Shown here piece after piece: positions 49,671 to 59,271 of a stretch of 64,000 nt of DNA. Location of the stretch: positions 69,467-133,466 of the forward strand of contig LBRD01000001.1 of NCBI GenBank assembly GCA_000991245.1. The letters are read 5' to 3'. Numbering within the stretch: the first letter of the stretch is position 1; the number at the start of each line of letters is the position of its first letter. The notes under the pieces are model-generated. The model was not told where the DNA came from and ran no database searches. It saw only the letters and a program-made list of their open reading frames with translations. The position numbers and the translations under genes are program-made. This DNA comes from Parcubacteria group bacterium GW2011_GWC1_36_108 (GTDB taxonomy: Bacteria > Patescibacteriota > Minisyncoccia > Moranbacterales > GWC2-37-73).

Positions 49671-50156
49671 TTATTTTTCTAATTCTAAAAATGTATATTC
49701 AAAATTTTCGTCACTGCTTTTTCTTTCGCTAACAACTTTTGTAAATTCGGAATATTCAGGAAAGAAAACGTCAGCATCAAAATTTCCTTTCACAACGGTT
49801 AAATACAATTTATCAGCCATCCCAATAGTCTGAGCATATACACTGCCCCCACCGCAAATAAAAACTTCTTCCTTTTCAATCTCGCGCGCCTTTGCAAAAA
49901 CTTCATCAAAAGTTCTAGCCATAATAACGCCTTCGATATTACAATCCGGATCATTAGACAAAACAATAGTGGTGCGATTTGGAAGTGGCTTTCCGATTGA
50001 TTCAAAAGTTTTCTGCCCCATCACAATCACATGTCCAGAGGTTTTTTCCTTGAAAAATTTGAAATCCTCCTTAATATGCCAAAGCAGCTGATTGTTTTTT
50101 CCAATCGCTCTATTCTTAGCTATGGCACAAATTATACTAATTTTTGGATTGTACAT
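49671..50156 (-). CDS. folA: Dihydrofolate reductase
   Basis: 161 aa; ISIICAIAKNRAIGKNNQLLW and VIVMGQKTFESIG motifs. Confidence 0.85.
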   Translation of the reverse strand: MYNPKISIICAIAKNRAIGKNNQLLWHIKEDFKFFKEKTSGHVIVMGQKTFESIGKPLPNRTTIVLSNDPDCNIEGVIMARTFDEVFAKAREIEKEEVFICGGGSVYAQTIGMADKLYLTVVKGNFDADVFFPEYSEFTKVVSERKSSDENFEYTFLELEK

Positions 50157-50162
50157 ATTTTT

Positions 50163-51074
50163 TTACACTGCAATTGGCGCTTTAATTGCTGGATGTGGGT
50201 TATAATTTTCCAAGGTAAAATCTTCGTATTTAAAATCAAAAATATTTTTCACTTCTGGGTTTATTTTCATAGTTGGAAGTTCTCGCGTATCGCGGGAAAG
50301 CTGCTCAGTTACTTGATCAAAATGAAAATTATAAATATGCGCATCGCCCAAGGTATGCACAAATTCGCCAGCCTCAAGTCCGCAAGCTTGTGCAATCATC
50401 ATTGTGAGTAGCGCATACGATGCAATGTTAAACGGCACTCCCAAAAGCGTATCTGCACTTCGCTGATAAAGCTGACACGAAAGTTTTCCATTTGCCACGT
50501 TAAACTGAAACAACAAGTGACACGGCGGAAGTGCCATTTTATCAATGTCACCAACATTCCAAGCTGACAAAATAATTCGACGAGAATCAGGATTATTCTT
50601 GATTGTGTCAATGACTTGCTGGATCTGATCAATTTCTTTTCCGTCAGTGGTTTTCCATTTCCTCCATTGCACACCATAAACCGGTCCAAGCTCTCCCCAC
50701 TCTTTAGCAAAAACGTCATCAGCTTTTATTTTCTCAATGTAGTTTTTCATTTCCGCCTTCCATTCCTCTGAATATTTTGGAAATTTTTCAGCCAAATTAT
50801 TTTTTTCAAGATAGGATTGAAATGGCCAATCATTCCAGATGTGTACATCATTATCTACCAAATATTTAATATTTGACTCACCTTTTAAAAACCAAATAAG
50901 CTCATGAATAATTCCCTTAAGAAAAACTTTTTTAGTTGTCAAAAGAGGAAAGCCCTTTTGCAGATCAAATCTCATCTGATAACCAAAAACACTTTTGGTG
51001 CCAACACCCGTGCGATCATTTTTTTGGACACCATTATCCACAATGTGTTGCAACAAATCCAAATATTGTTTCAT
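50163..51074 (-). CDS. thyA: Thymidylate synthase (ThyA type)
   Basis: 303 aa; [26 protein letters not shown], catalytic LPPCH motif ([11 protein letters not shown]). Confidence 0.9.
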   Translation of the reverse strand: MKQYLDLLQHIVDNGVQKNDRTGVGTKSVFGYQMRFDLQKGFPLLTTKKVFLKGIIHELIWFLKGESNIKYLVDNDVHIWNDWPFQSYLEKNNLAEKFPKYSEEWKAEMKNYIEKIKADDVFAKEWGELGPVYGVQWRKWKTTDGKEIDQIQQVIDTIKNNPDSRRIILSAWNVGDIDKMALPPCHLLFQFNVANGKLSCQLYQRSADTLLGVPFNIASYALLTMMIAQACGLEAGEFVHTLGDAHIYNFHFDQVTEQLSRDTRELPTMKINPEVKNIFDFKYEDFTLENYNPHPAIKAPIAV

Positions 51075-51101
51075 AAATTTTGGAAACTTTAAAAAATAAT
51101 T

Positions 51102-51677
51102 TTATGAAAGATTTTCTTTAATTATTTCATCAACTTGTGCATACAATTCTTGATATGTCCCATCGTTATTCACAACATAACTGGCATAATTTTTCAAATC
51201 GCGAATTTGAATTTCACTATCAGCATCGTGTTCAGCTTTAAATTCTTCAAATGTCTTGGTTGAATCATCAGTATTTTCACCGCGTTTAACAATGCGCTCA
51301 TAACGATTTTGCATATCAGCCTCCATATAAACAAGTTTAAAGTGTGGCAATTCTTTAAGGAAAGTAATATCGGCCAATCTTCGCACTCCATCAACAACCA
51401 CAATGTCATGTTCATCATTTTCAACATCGTGATACATCGATTTTGCCATTATGTCCTCACTAAAATTCTTTCTCAAAATCATTGAGAGTATCTGGATATT
51501 TTCGCGTGATTGTTCCAAATATAACCTGTCGAGAACATCTCTCAGGATTGTTGAAAAACGATGGGAACTTCCACCACGCTCCGTTGTTACATGTTTTGCA
51601 ATTGTCCCTTTTCCAGATCCCATTTCACCAGTAATTCCCAAAATTAACTTTGCCATATTATTTTTGCCTCTTTTCAA
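51102..51677 (-). CDS. P-loop (deoxy)nucleotide kinase, unclassified
   Basis: 191 aa; ILGITGEMGSGKGT Walker A; sits within the dNTP-metabolism cluster. Confidence 0.45.
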   Translation of the reverse strand: MKRGKNNMAKLILGITGEMGSGKGTIAKHVTTERGGSSHRFSTILRDVLDRLYLEQSRENIQILSMILRKNFSEDIMAKSMYHDVENDEHDIVVVDGVRRLADITFLKELPHFKLVYMEADMQNRYERIVKRGENTDDSTKTFEEFKAEHDADSEIQIRDLKNYASYVVNNDGTYQELYAQVDEIIKENLS

Positions 51678-52149
51678 AAATTAAATTATTTTTAGTTTCA
51701 TATTTTCGATAAACCACGCCAGCCAAATCTAACATTTTTCTAGATGCCACCCAAATTTCATCATCATGATATTTATCATCTTCGAAGATAATTTCTCTGA
51801 TTCCATTTTGAATAATAGTCTTAGCGCATTCATTGCAAGGAAACAAAGTGCAATATAGTCTAGAACCCTCAGTTGAAGCATTGGCATTATAAATCGCATT
51901 TTCCTCTGCATGCACAACGTAGGCATATTTTTTTTCACAAAAAGTTCCCTCTCTCGCCCAAGGCAAATCACCATCCCCACAACCTCGCGGAAACCCATTA
52001 TATCCAAGACCAATAATTACATTTTTTTCATTCACAATACAAGCCCCATTTTGCGTGTTTGGATCCTTGGAACGATTAGCGATAACTTTCGACATCTGCA
52101 TAAATGTTTCATCCCAATCAAAATATCCCTGTCGCTTATCATTTTCCAT
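51658..52149 (-). CDS. dCMP deaminase
   Basis: 163 aa; HAEENAI and PCNECAK zinc-binding motifs. Confidence 0.8.
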   Translation of the reverse strand: MENDKRQGYFDWDETFMQMSKVIANRSKDPNTQNGACIVNEKNVIIGLGYNGFPRGCGDGDLPWAREGTFCEKKYAYVVHAEENAIYNANASTEGSRLYCTLFPCNECAKTIIQNGIREIIFEDDKYHDDEIWVASRKMLDLAGVVYRKYETKNNLIFEKRQK

Positions 52150-52247
52150 AATTTTTGATTATTAATAGTTGCTTCTTCATTATATACACTTAATCAAATC
52201 CAGTAAATACCATATTAGAACATAAAAAAGACACCCACGGGTGTCTT

Positions 52248-52715
52248 TTAAAGTTTATTTTTATCTATAATTTTTCGTAAATCTTCAGGCAAAATTGTTA
52301 TAACTTCAATATCAGCAAAAATATTAACGGAATTACTAATTTTCTTCCTTCTTGGAATTATTTGCCAATGCAAGTGTTCTATCGAGCCACCAGCATCAAT
52401 ACCAATATTTGCTCCAATATTAAAATCTTCAGTTTTGAAAATTTGACTCAACTTTTTCATTGTTTTTTCTAAAATATCCTGAAATTCAAACCATTCATCT
52501 TTTAATAAGTCAGCTACATTGCGAACGTGTCTTTTTGGAATAATCATCACATTACCATCCATATATGGATATTTATTAACAACAACCATCCAATGTTTAC
52601 TCTCCAAACTTAAACATTGCTGCTCATTTATAGTCTTTTTATCACAAAACTGACAACAGCCAGTAGTAGGCTTGTTTTTTCTATACAATGCTCTTTTTGG
52701 TTCGTAAATTTTCAT
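52248..52715 (-). CDS. HIT-family (histidine triad) protein
   Basis: 155 aa; IEHLHWQII (HxHxQ variant of the triad), N-terminal CQFCD. Confidence 0.55.
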   Translation of the reverse strand: MKIYEPKRALYRKNKPTTGCCQFCDKKTINEQQCLSLESKHWMVVVNKYPYMDGNVMIIPKRHVRNVADLLKDEWFEFQDILEKTMKKLSQIFKTEDFNIGANIGIDAGGSIEHLHWQIIPRRKKISNSVNIFADIEVITILPEDLRKIIDKNKL

Positions 52716-52786
52716 AAAAGTAAATATTAAAAGCCGCCAATATATTAATTATATCAGCGGCCTTGCGAAAGCGCAATTTGCAAAAA

Positions 52787-53317
52787 TTAACCTTTTGCTC
52801 TCAATTCTTTTATAATATCCGTTGAATGAATATCAGAGAACGGAGGCAGCATTACTATTTTTCCACCCAACTTGATTACAGTATCAATTTGATGTTTTCT
52901 TTCAGTTGGCTTTCTATGTGATGACTCCGACATGACAAAGAATTTTGGCTCCACAATTTCAATTAATTCAACCTGCTCCTCAAAAGAAAAAATGTACACC
53001 ATGTCGACACAATCAAACTCGGATAAGCTCAAGGCCCGCGCTTGCTGATTGTAATACGGGCGATCAGGACCCTTAATTTTCTTAACGAAATCGTCATCGT
53101 TAATTCCGACAACTAAGACATCTCCGAGACTTTTTGCATGATTTAGATATCTAAAATGTCCATCATGCAAAACATCAAATGCCCCAGTAGTAAGTACCAT
53201 CTTTTCGCAACCATTAGTTTTGATTGCTTGACAATTAAACAGCAAATCTCGCATATTACCAATCACTTTCAAACAAATATTTCTGTCGCCAAGATTTTTC
53301 ATACTTACTCCTTTCAA
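52787..53317 (-). CDS. Cytidylyl/adenylyltransferase-like protein (TagD/RfaE domain II family)
   Basis: 176 aa; TTGAFDVLHDGH nucleotidyltransferase (T/H)xGH motif. Confidence 0.55.
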   Translation of the reverse strand: MKGVSMKNLGDRNICLKVIGNMRDLLFNCQAIKTNGCEKMVLTTGAFDVLHDGHFRYLNHAKSLGDVLVVGINDDDFVKKIKGPDRPYYNQQARALSLSEFDCVDMVYIFSFEEQVELIEIVEPKFFVMSESSHRKPTERKHQIDTVIKLGGKIVMLPPFSDIHSTDIIKELRAKG

Positions 53318-53475
53318 AAAAGTAGTGACGTGAGATTATAATAATAAGAACTATTACCCAAATACTAACAACATATAAACAATGCAGTCAAGAGTTACAC
53401 AAAAAAAAGACACCCGTATGAGTATCTTTTTTGTGAACTCTAAGTTCCTAATTCCTAACTCCTAAATCCTAAGTG

Positions 53476-54153
53476 TTATAAAGCAATCTTAATTCCAGGT
53501 CCCATGGTTGAGCAGATGGAAATTGTCATTACATATTTTCCTTTAATTCCAGATGGACGAGCCTTTTGGATTGCATCAACAAACATTGCATAATTTTCTT
53601 CCAATTTTTTAGCATCAAAAGAAACTTTTCCAATAACTTGATGAACATTTCCAGTATTATCATTTTTGAAACTTAGTTTTCCTTTTTTAAGCATTTCAAC
53701 AGCTTCCTTGATTTTGTCTGTTACTGTTTCAGTCTTAGGTGATGGCATAAGCCCACGGGGTCCAAGTATTTTAGCAACGCTGGCAAGTTTTGGCATCATT
53801 TCAGGGCTTGCAACGATCACATCAACTTCTTCCATTTTCCCAAGTTTAATTTTTTCAATCAAATCTTCAGCTCCAACAAAGTCAGCACCAGCCTCCTTGG
53901 CTTCAGTCGCCTTGGTTGATGTTATAACTGCAATTCTAGCAGCTTTGCCAATTCCGTGTGGAAGAACAACAGCTCCACGAACTTGTTGATCGCCTTTTTT
54001 AGGATCAACAGCTAATCTGATGTGAACTTCAACAGCTTCATCAAATTTTGCAGTCTTTGTTTCTCTTACAAGAGCCAATGCTTCTTCGGCAGTGTAAAGT
54101 TTGTTTTTTTCTACTTTTTCGGCAACAGCCTTGTACTTTTTTCCTCTTTTCAT
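53476..54153 (-). CDS. rplA: 50S ribosomal protein L1
   Basis: Start placed at MKRGKKYKAV; the ORF-track start at 54204 is inside repeat DNA. L1 core motifs present. Confidence 0.85.
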   Translation of the reverse strand: MKRGKKYKAVAEKVEKNKLYTAEEALALVRETKTAKFDEAVEVHIRLAVDPKKGDQQVRGAVVLPHGIGKAARIAVITSTKATEAKEAGADFVGAEDLIEKIKLGKMEEVDVIVASPEMMPKLASVAKILGPRGLMPSPKTETVTDKIKEAVEMLKKGKLSFKNDNTGNVHQVIGKVSFDAKKLEENYAMFVDAIQKARPSGIKGKYVMTISICSTMGPGIKIAL

Positions 54154-54204
54154 CTTTTTATTGTGGTACAAACAAAGTCTGCGATAATCGCCTACTTCTC
54201 CCAC

Positions 54205-54345
54205 CTAATTAAATTATAAATATAATACTAATATGCAAATTTATACTAATACGCGAATACGCTAATGACGCAAATGAAAACGTGAGCACTGATTTGCATA
54301 TTTGCATCATTCGCAGAAGGTCATTTGCATCATTTGTATCAGGTC
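54205..54345. repeat. Palindromic octamer array, family R
   Basis: ctaatatgcaaatttatactaatacgcgaatacgctaatgacgcaaat ... atttgcatatttgcatcattcgca...tcatttgcatcatttgtatc. Confidence 0.7.
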
Positions 54346-54773
54346 TACTGTTCGATTTTAATTCCCATTGATCTTGCTGTTCCAGCCACAATCTTCATTG
54401 CACCTTCAACATCATTAGCATTAAGATCAACCATTTTGGTTTTAGCAATTTCTTCTAGTTGAGCTTTAGTCACAGGCTTTCCAACTTTATCTTTCAATGG
54501 ATTTCCAGCACCTTTTTCAGCACCTGCAGCTTTTTTCAAAAGTTCTGCAGCTGGAGCAGTCTTCATGATAAAATCGAATGTTCGATCTTCATATACTGTG
54601 ATTTCAACTGGCACAACTTCTCCCATTTTATCGCGAGTTGCATCATTGAAACGCACGCAGAATTCTTGAATAGCAACACCATGCTGACCCAAAACTGGAC
54701 CAACTGGAGGAGCTGGATTTGCTTTTCCACCAACTATTTGCAACTTGATAACTGTTTTAATTTTCTTTGCCAT
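54345..54773 (-). CDS. rplK: 50S ribosomal protein L11
   Basis: 142 aa; [33 protein letters not shown]. Confidence 0.9.
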   Translation of the reverse strand: MAKKIKTVIKLQIVGGKANPAPPVGPVLGQHGVAIQEFCVRFNDATRDKMGEVVPVEITVYEDRTFDFIMKTAPAAELLKKAAGAEKGAGNPLKDKVGKPVTKAQLEEIAKTKMVDLNANDVEGAMKIVAGTARSMGIKIEQ

Positions 54774-54797
54774 AATATTTTTACCTTATACTTATTA

Positions 54798-55343
54798 TTA
54801 TATCTTAGTGATTTGCAAGAAATCTAATTCTACAGGAGTTTCACGTCCGAAGATTGTAACTAATACTTTAACCTTACCCTTCTCTTCATCAAATTCTTGA
54901 ACTTTTCCATCAAAATCTTTAAACGGTCCTTCGTTGATTTTAACTGCATCACCATTTTTAAGATCAATTTTGTATTTAGGTTCAGACACTCCCATTCGCT
55001 TTTTAAGCATTTCTATTTCTTTTGGATCAACTGGGGTTGGTGTTGTTCCAAGTCCAATAAATCCAGTCACGTTTGGCGTGTTTCGAACAACATACCAAGA
55101 TGCATCCGTTACCACCATATTTACTAACACATATCCAGGATAAATTCGTTCTTCAATAACCGTTCTTTTTCCATTTTTAATTTTAATCTTATTTTCCTTT
55201 GGCACCATTACATCGAAGATTAAATCTTGCATATCCATTGATTCGATACGCTGCTTTAGGTTTCGAGTAACATTGTCTTCATAACCAGAATATGTGTGAA
55301 TCACATACCAAGCTCGCCCATGATGTTGTGTCTGTTTCGCCAT
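54798..55343 (-). CDS. nusG: Transcription termination/antitermination factor NusG
   Basis: 181 aa; WYVIHTYSGYE NGN domain, C-terminal KOW. Confidence 0.9.
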   Translation of the reverse strand: MAKQTQHHGRAWYVIHTYSGYEDNVTRNLKQRIESMDMQDLIFDVMVPKENKIKIKNGKRTVIEERIYPGYVLVNMVVTDASWYVVRNTPNVTGFIGLGTTPTPVDPKEIEMLKKRMGVSEPKYKIDLKNGDAVKINEGPFKDFDGKVQEFDEEKGKVKVLVTIFGRETPVELDFLQITKI

Positions 55344-55507
55344 TTTTGTCTGCGAGGTACGAGCAGCTACAAAAATGAGCGTCCCGTCTCGATTCTTTAA
55401 TTAATCTTTAAACTACATGTGACTAAGCCGGAGGCGATTCCGTGAACATAACTACAAATTTCAGAAAACTATCTTTGGAATCGTGACTGGGAAGCCACTC
55501 AATATTG

Positions 55508-55696
55508 TTACTTTATAATAAATGTCTTCAAAATGTAACTAAAAATCCAATCTAATCCCCCAAGAAATCCTGCAACAACCAAGCTAACTGCGACCACAAG
55601 CAACGTATAATTCACTGTTTGCTTTTTGGTTGGCCAATTCACTTTCAGCATTTCTGCCTTAGCTTCAAGGAAAAACTGTATAATTTTGTTAATCAT
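55508..55696 (-). CDS. secE: Preprotein translocase subunit SecE
   Basis: Single TM LLVVAVSLVVAGFLGGLDWIF. Start placed at MINKIIQFF; upstream ATGs lie in the (taacatg)n array. Confidence 0.75.
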   Translation of the reverse strand: MINKIIQFFLEAKAEMLKVNWPTKKQTVNYTLLVVAVSLVVAGFLGGLDWIFSYILKTFIIK

Positions 55697-55780
55697 GTAA
55701 CATGTAACATGTAACATGTAACATTTTAGGCAAACAGCAATGTTTTTGCTATATGCTATATGCTATATGCTATATGATTT
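55697..55780. repeat. Tandem arrays (taacatg)x4 and (gctatat)x4
   Basis: taacatgtaacatgtaacatgtaacat ... gctatatgctatatgctatatgctatatg. Confidence 0.75.
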
Positions 55781-55784
55781 TAAG

Positions 55785-55812
55785 GTTTTTTAAAAAGCCC
55801 TCGGGGCTTTCT
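55785..55812 (-). terminator. Rho-independent terminator (minus strand)
   Basis: aaagccctcggggcttt hairpin with an A-run on the plus strand, giving a T-run on the minus strand. Confidence 0.5.
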
Positions 55813-55860
55813 TATAAATTAAATATACACCATACGGCATTTCTTGTCAATGGAGCCAAA

Positions 55861-55890
55861 AAAACAAAAAATCCCCATTTCGGGGACATT
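55861..55890 (-). terminator. Rho-independent terminator after tRNA-Ile (minus strand)
   Basis: tccccatttcgggga hairpin; minus strand reads gtccccgaaatggggattttttgttt. Confidence 0.55.
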
Positions 55891-55893
55891 TTA

Positions 55894-55970
55894 TTGGTGG
55901 GCTTATCAAGATTCGAACTTGAGACCTCGTCATTATCAGTGACGCGCTCTAACCAGCTGAGCTATAAGCC
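55894..55970 (-). tRNA. tRNA-Ile (anticodon GAU), CCA encoded
   Basis: Minus-strand sequence GGGCTTATAGCTCAGCTGGTTAGAGCGCGTCACTGATAATGACGAGGTCTCAAGTTCGAATCTTGATAAGCCCACCA folds as a canonical cloverleaf. Confidence 0.9.
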
Positions 55971-56009
55971 CGTATAATTTGTAAAAGCTGCGTGATAAAC
56001 GCAGCATTG

Positions 56010-56082
56010 TGGACCGGACAGGACTTGAACCCGCTACCTCCTCAGTGCAAGTGAGGCGCTCTACCAGGTGAGCTACCGGCCC
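56010..56082 (-). tRNA. tRNA-Ala (anticodon UGC), no encoded CCA
   Basis: GGGCCGGTAGCTCACCTGGTAGAGCGCCTCACTTGCACTGAGGAGGTAGCGGGTTCAAGTCCTGTCCGGTCCA; G3:U70 Ala identity pair; T stem contains two G-U pairs. Confidence 0.85.
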
Positions 56083-56150
56083 ATAAATGAGCTACAAAAA
56101 CAATTATAACAGTATAAAAAAATTTGTCTATAGTACGCTACTCTTGTACG

Positions 56151-56753
56151 CTACTCTTTTATTTCCAAGTGACTTTCAAGATATTTATCCCTTAAATATA
56201 TAGCGCAGGCTGTTATCACCTTAAAATCATCTAGTTTAGCATTTTCATACAAAAATCTCTTTACTGGCGTGTAGGGATTATTTTCTCTCATACCCGCGAG
56301 TTCCGTTAACAAAACGATTGAATATTTTTCAACGTCATATTTTGTCTGCAATTTAAATTTATCCAAAGTTTCAAATAAGCTTTTTCTATTATCTTCATTA
56401 TCGATCGATGCTTTCCACCCAACCTTTTCAATAAATGCAATGCCATCTGGCGTAAGATTTACTGGACTATTTGTGGAAAAAAGATCTGGATTATCAAGAG
56501 TATTTTTTTCAGCTAAAGCAGCAATGAGCGTATTGAATTTTTCAAGTAGTTTAGTGTGTTTTTTATCTAACGATTTTATATCCTTTTTTACATCATCAAA
56601 CAAGCACATGGTACTATTTGTCTTATCAACAAATCTAAAAATACGAATGGCTATACCTACAATTATATAAACAGCCCAAACAACAAAAGCAACACTGACA
56701 AGCCATGCTGGCATTGGAAAATTAGAAGCTATTGTTAATAAGAATGTTTCCAT
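56151..56753 (-). CDS. Hypothetical membrane-anchored protein
   Basis: 200 aa; N-terminal TM helices. Confidence 0.45.
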   Translation of the reverse strand: METFLLTIASNFPMPAWLVSVAFVVWAVYIIVGIAIRIFRFVDKTNSTMCLFDDVKKDIKSLDKKHTKLLEKFNTLIAALAEKNTLDNPDLFSTNSPVNLTPDGIAFIEKVGWKASIDNEDNRKSLFETLDKFKLQTKYDVEKYSIVLLTELAGMRENNPYTPVKRFLYENAKLDDFKVITACAIYLRDKYLESHLEIKE

Positions 56754-57077
56754 ACATTTAGTTTAGCAATAAATAAATTGTACGTCCAACGACGATCGCC
56801 GACTTGGCCGTCAAGGTCGCTCAGCTTCACTCTCCTGACTGCCGTCGGAACGATTTAAAATACTGCCTGTAAGCAAAAAATGGAATTTTTTGCATGTCTA
56901 AAAACTGCAGGAATTAGAAATTTGTGATTTAACAAAATAAAAAAGGTGGACAGCAATATAATCTCCAAAGTCGTTTTCTTTTCATTTTCATTAAGAGAAT
57001 CGTTTCTTTTTGAATTATATATTTGTCCACCCTCTAGCCCCTTTCATAAAAACAGTCGATTCATTACAAGTTTGCTA

Positions 57078-57734
57078 TCAGTACATTTCCTCGGACTTCA
57101 ACGCCGGTGACAATCCGCAATGGGAAGGAATTCCATTGCTACCCTTCCAGTTTTCGGAAGACTTTCCTTCTCGGATGCTCTTGTAGCAATCAACAGCGCT
57201 TTGAAGATTTGTGCTTCTGACACGAACCTTGATGAGAGAGCGAAACGCATAGGCACAGCCATACTGACTTGCCGTTGGTATATCAAACTTCTCATCGGTG
57301 TACGTTACGGAATATGTAGCCCTACCCATGCTGTCGGTACCCTGTTTGATGTGCTGGTTTTCTTCCTTGAGCAGGGTGTCGAATATCGTCACGTTCACGA
57401 TCTTAAGACCTTTGAAAATCCTGTGGATCTCAAGATCAATAACATCGTTAGCCTTGACATAGGCAAGGTCGGGTTCCTTATCCTCCCGTATTACTGTCGT
57501 GTTTCCGAGGTTTGTGTAATTATAGCCAGATTCCTTTTTACCCTCTTCCTTTTTGAGGACGCCTGCTTTTTCCAGTCTTCGCAGAACTGCCTGCTTGTTA
57601 AAATAAATTCTCGCTTCCATTTCCTGCCTCCTTTGACTGAGTGATTGATTGAGTAATTGTCTTCTGGTTACTTTTTCTCGACTGTAAAAATTTAAAGGGC
57701 TAGTGCTGACTGTTTGATATTCATCAACAATCAA
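57078..57734 (-). CDS. Hypothetical protein in a GC-richer (probably acquired) segment
   Basis: 218 aa ORF; about 45% GC against a genome background of about 33%; distinct codon usage. Confidence 0.45.
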   Translation of the reverse strand: MIVDEYQTVSTSPLNFYSREKVTRRQLLNQSLSQRRQEMEARIYFNKQAVLRRLEKAGVLKKEEGKKESGYNYTNLGNTTVIREDKEPDLAYVKANDVIDLEIHRIFKGLKIVNVTIFDTLLKEENQHIKQGTDSMGRATYSVTYTDEKFDIPTASQYGCAYAFRSLIKVRVRSTNLQSAVDCYKSIREGKSSENWKGSNGIPSHCGLSPALKSEEMY

Positions 57735-57892
57735 CTTACTATGTTAGCATAAAATTCATCACCTGTCAAGCATACTAATGGCCTAGTAAAGCCATAATTT
57801 TCAAGGGTTAATCAATTTTAGGGTAAAATGTGGAAATTTCATCAGTATACCTTTCAAATATATAAGTTCGGACAGCACACCATGTCGACCAC

Positions 57893-57962
57893 CTAAAAAA
57901 TCCCTATTTATAGGGATTTTATATATATAAAAAACCCCCGGAAAATTATATTTTCCGGGGCA
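57893..57962 (-). terminator. Tandem rho-independent terminators
   Basis: aaatccctatttatagggattt and ccccggaaaattatattttccgggg hairpins, each followed by a T-run on the minus strand. Confidence 0.55.
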
Positions 57963-57998
57963 TATTCAATCTTAAGGCATTTTTAAGGCATTGCTTTT

Positions 57999-58820
57999 TT
58001 AAACACTAGCTTGAGCTCTCCTTACTTCCTTTTTAAGAGAACGCAATCCACATGCATTTATAGGAATTCCAATGTCAGACAAAATGAATTTTTTCCTAGA
58101 AAATTTCTCATCCTTACTTAATCTGCCGATACCAAAATCTTCCTCCAATAACCCACAATAAACCGCTCCTTTATGGGTTATTTGAACAAAGGTTTTTTGT
58201 CCAATTTTTTTTTGCATTATAAGTCCCGATTTCAGCATTTTTTCAACAAGCCTGAAAGCACTTCTTTTATTTGGTTCAGTATTACCTTCTAATTCACCTT
58301 CTTCATTATCCCTGTATTTATTAAAATCATACCACTGAGCCCGCATAAGATCATGTGTCCAATTCTGAAATAAATCAAACGAAAAAAAGGCATCGATTTT
58401 CATGAATACGACCTTGAGCACAACCACTATCATTTCATTGAAAATAACTTTAGCAGCCAGTGCCTTTGCTTGTTTTTTTTGTTCCTTGCGTGACTTTAAT
58501 GTTTCCAGCGATTGATTTTCTATCCGCTTTTGATTAATAACTTCACGTCTATGTATGCGCAAGGTTTGCATTCTTGACTGCACCACAACTAATCTTCCGT
58601 TAGATACCCTGCAAAATTTCCGATGCAAAAGATATTTCATTATATTAGCACATTCCTCTTTGGGTAGCTTTTTCCTTTTGATAAATTCTCTCAAAACAGA
58701 ACAAGTATCCATACAGCAAGCCGTACTACGACCTTTAAAAATGGTCTCTAAAACCTTATGCAAAAAATACAACTTGTAGGGTTTCTTTCGCCTAAGTGTA
58801 TTAGTCTGTTTTTTAGACAT
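57999..58820 (-). CDS. Hypothetical basic protein (possibly a DNA-binding or replication-type protein of a mobile element)
   Basis: 273 aa, K/R-rich, AGG/AGA-rich codon usage unlike the neighbouring genes. Confidence 0.4.
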   Translation of the reverse strand: MSKKQTNTLRRKKPYKLYFLHKVLETIFKGRSTACCMDTCSVLREFIKRKKLPKEECANIMKYLLHRKFCRVSNGRLVVVQSRMQTLRIHRREVINQKRIENQSLETLKSRKEQKKQAKALAAKVIFNEMIVVVLKVVFMKIDAFFSFDLFQNWTHDLMRAQWYDFNKYRDNEEGELEGNTEPNKRSAFRLVEKMLKSGLIMQKKIGQKTFVQITHKGAVYCGLLEEDFGIGRLSKDEKFSRKKFILSDIGIPINACGLRSLKKEVRRAQASV

Positions 58821-59037
58821 GGTGTCCTCCTTCTTTTGTTAAGATAACCACTTAAAATCATTCTCGCATTATTTCAATCAATGTCAATACATCTCACTTA
58901 TACACTGTTTTATTTTTATTAAAAAGGAGTATACTAAAATTATCCAGAATATGCGAAGTTCTTTATTAAATTTAAAGGAGGTGATATCAAAAAACTTCAC
59001 TTCGCATATTCCAAATTCCTTTTTAAGGAGTAACTTT

Positions 59038-59199
59038 ATGTCAAATAGCACGCCCACCAGATGGGCAGCAAAAAGTTTCATACCCCACCCCACAAAAAGT
59101 CAAGAAAAATTTATTTGCACTATTTGTGGAGACAGCACCAAGGTTGACGTAGGAACTGAGCCAGGTGAAAGTACTCAGTGCAAATGCAACTCACAATAA
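59038..59199 (+). CDS. Small zinc-ribbon protein (CxxC...CxC), hypothetical
   Basis: SD aaggag 8 nt upstream of ATG; CTICGD...CKCNSQ. Confidence 0.3.
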   Translation: MSNSTPTRWAAKSFIPHPTKSQEKFICTICGDSTKVDVGTEPGESTQCKCNSQ

Positions 59200-59224
59200 A
59201 AAACTTTCAGCCACTAAACAAACA

Positions 59225-59270
59225 AGAGCCCGACGGAAAAATCCGCCGGGCTCTGATAATATATTTTTCG
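59225..59270. terminator. Bidirectional rho-independent terminator
   Basis: agagcccgacgg aaaaatcc gccgggctct followed by a T-run. Confidence 0.6.
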
Positions 59271-59271
59271 T

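Noticed and set aside
23296-55780. Possible CRISPR arrays suggested by the many short tandem repeats
   Set aside because: Units are only 7-9 nt, directly abutting with no unique spacers, and no cas genes are present. They are simple oligomer arrays, not CRISPR.
55894-56082. Presence of an rRNA operon inferred from tRNA-Ile(GAU)/tRNA-Ala(UGC)
   Set aside because: No 16S/23S-like sequence is present in the flanking kilobases; the flanks are protein-coding (secE cluster and a membrane-protein gene).
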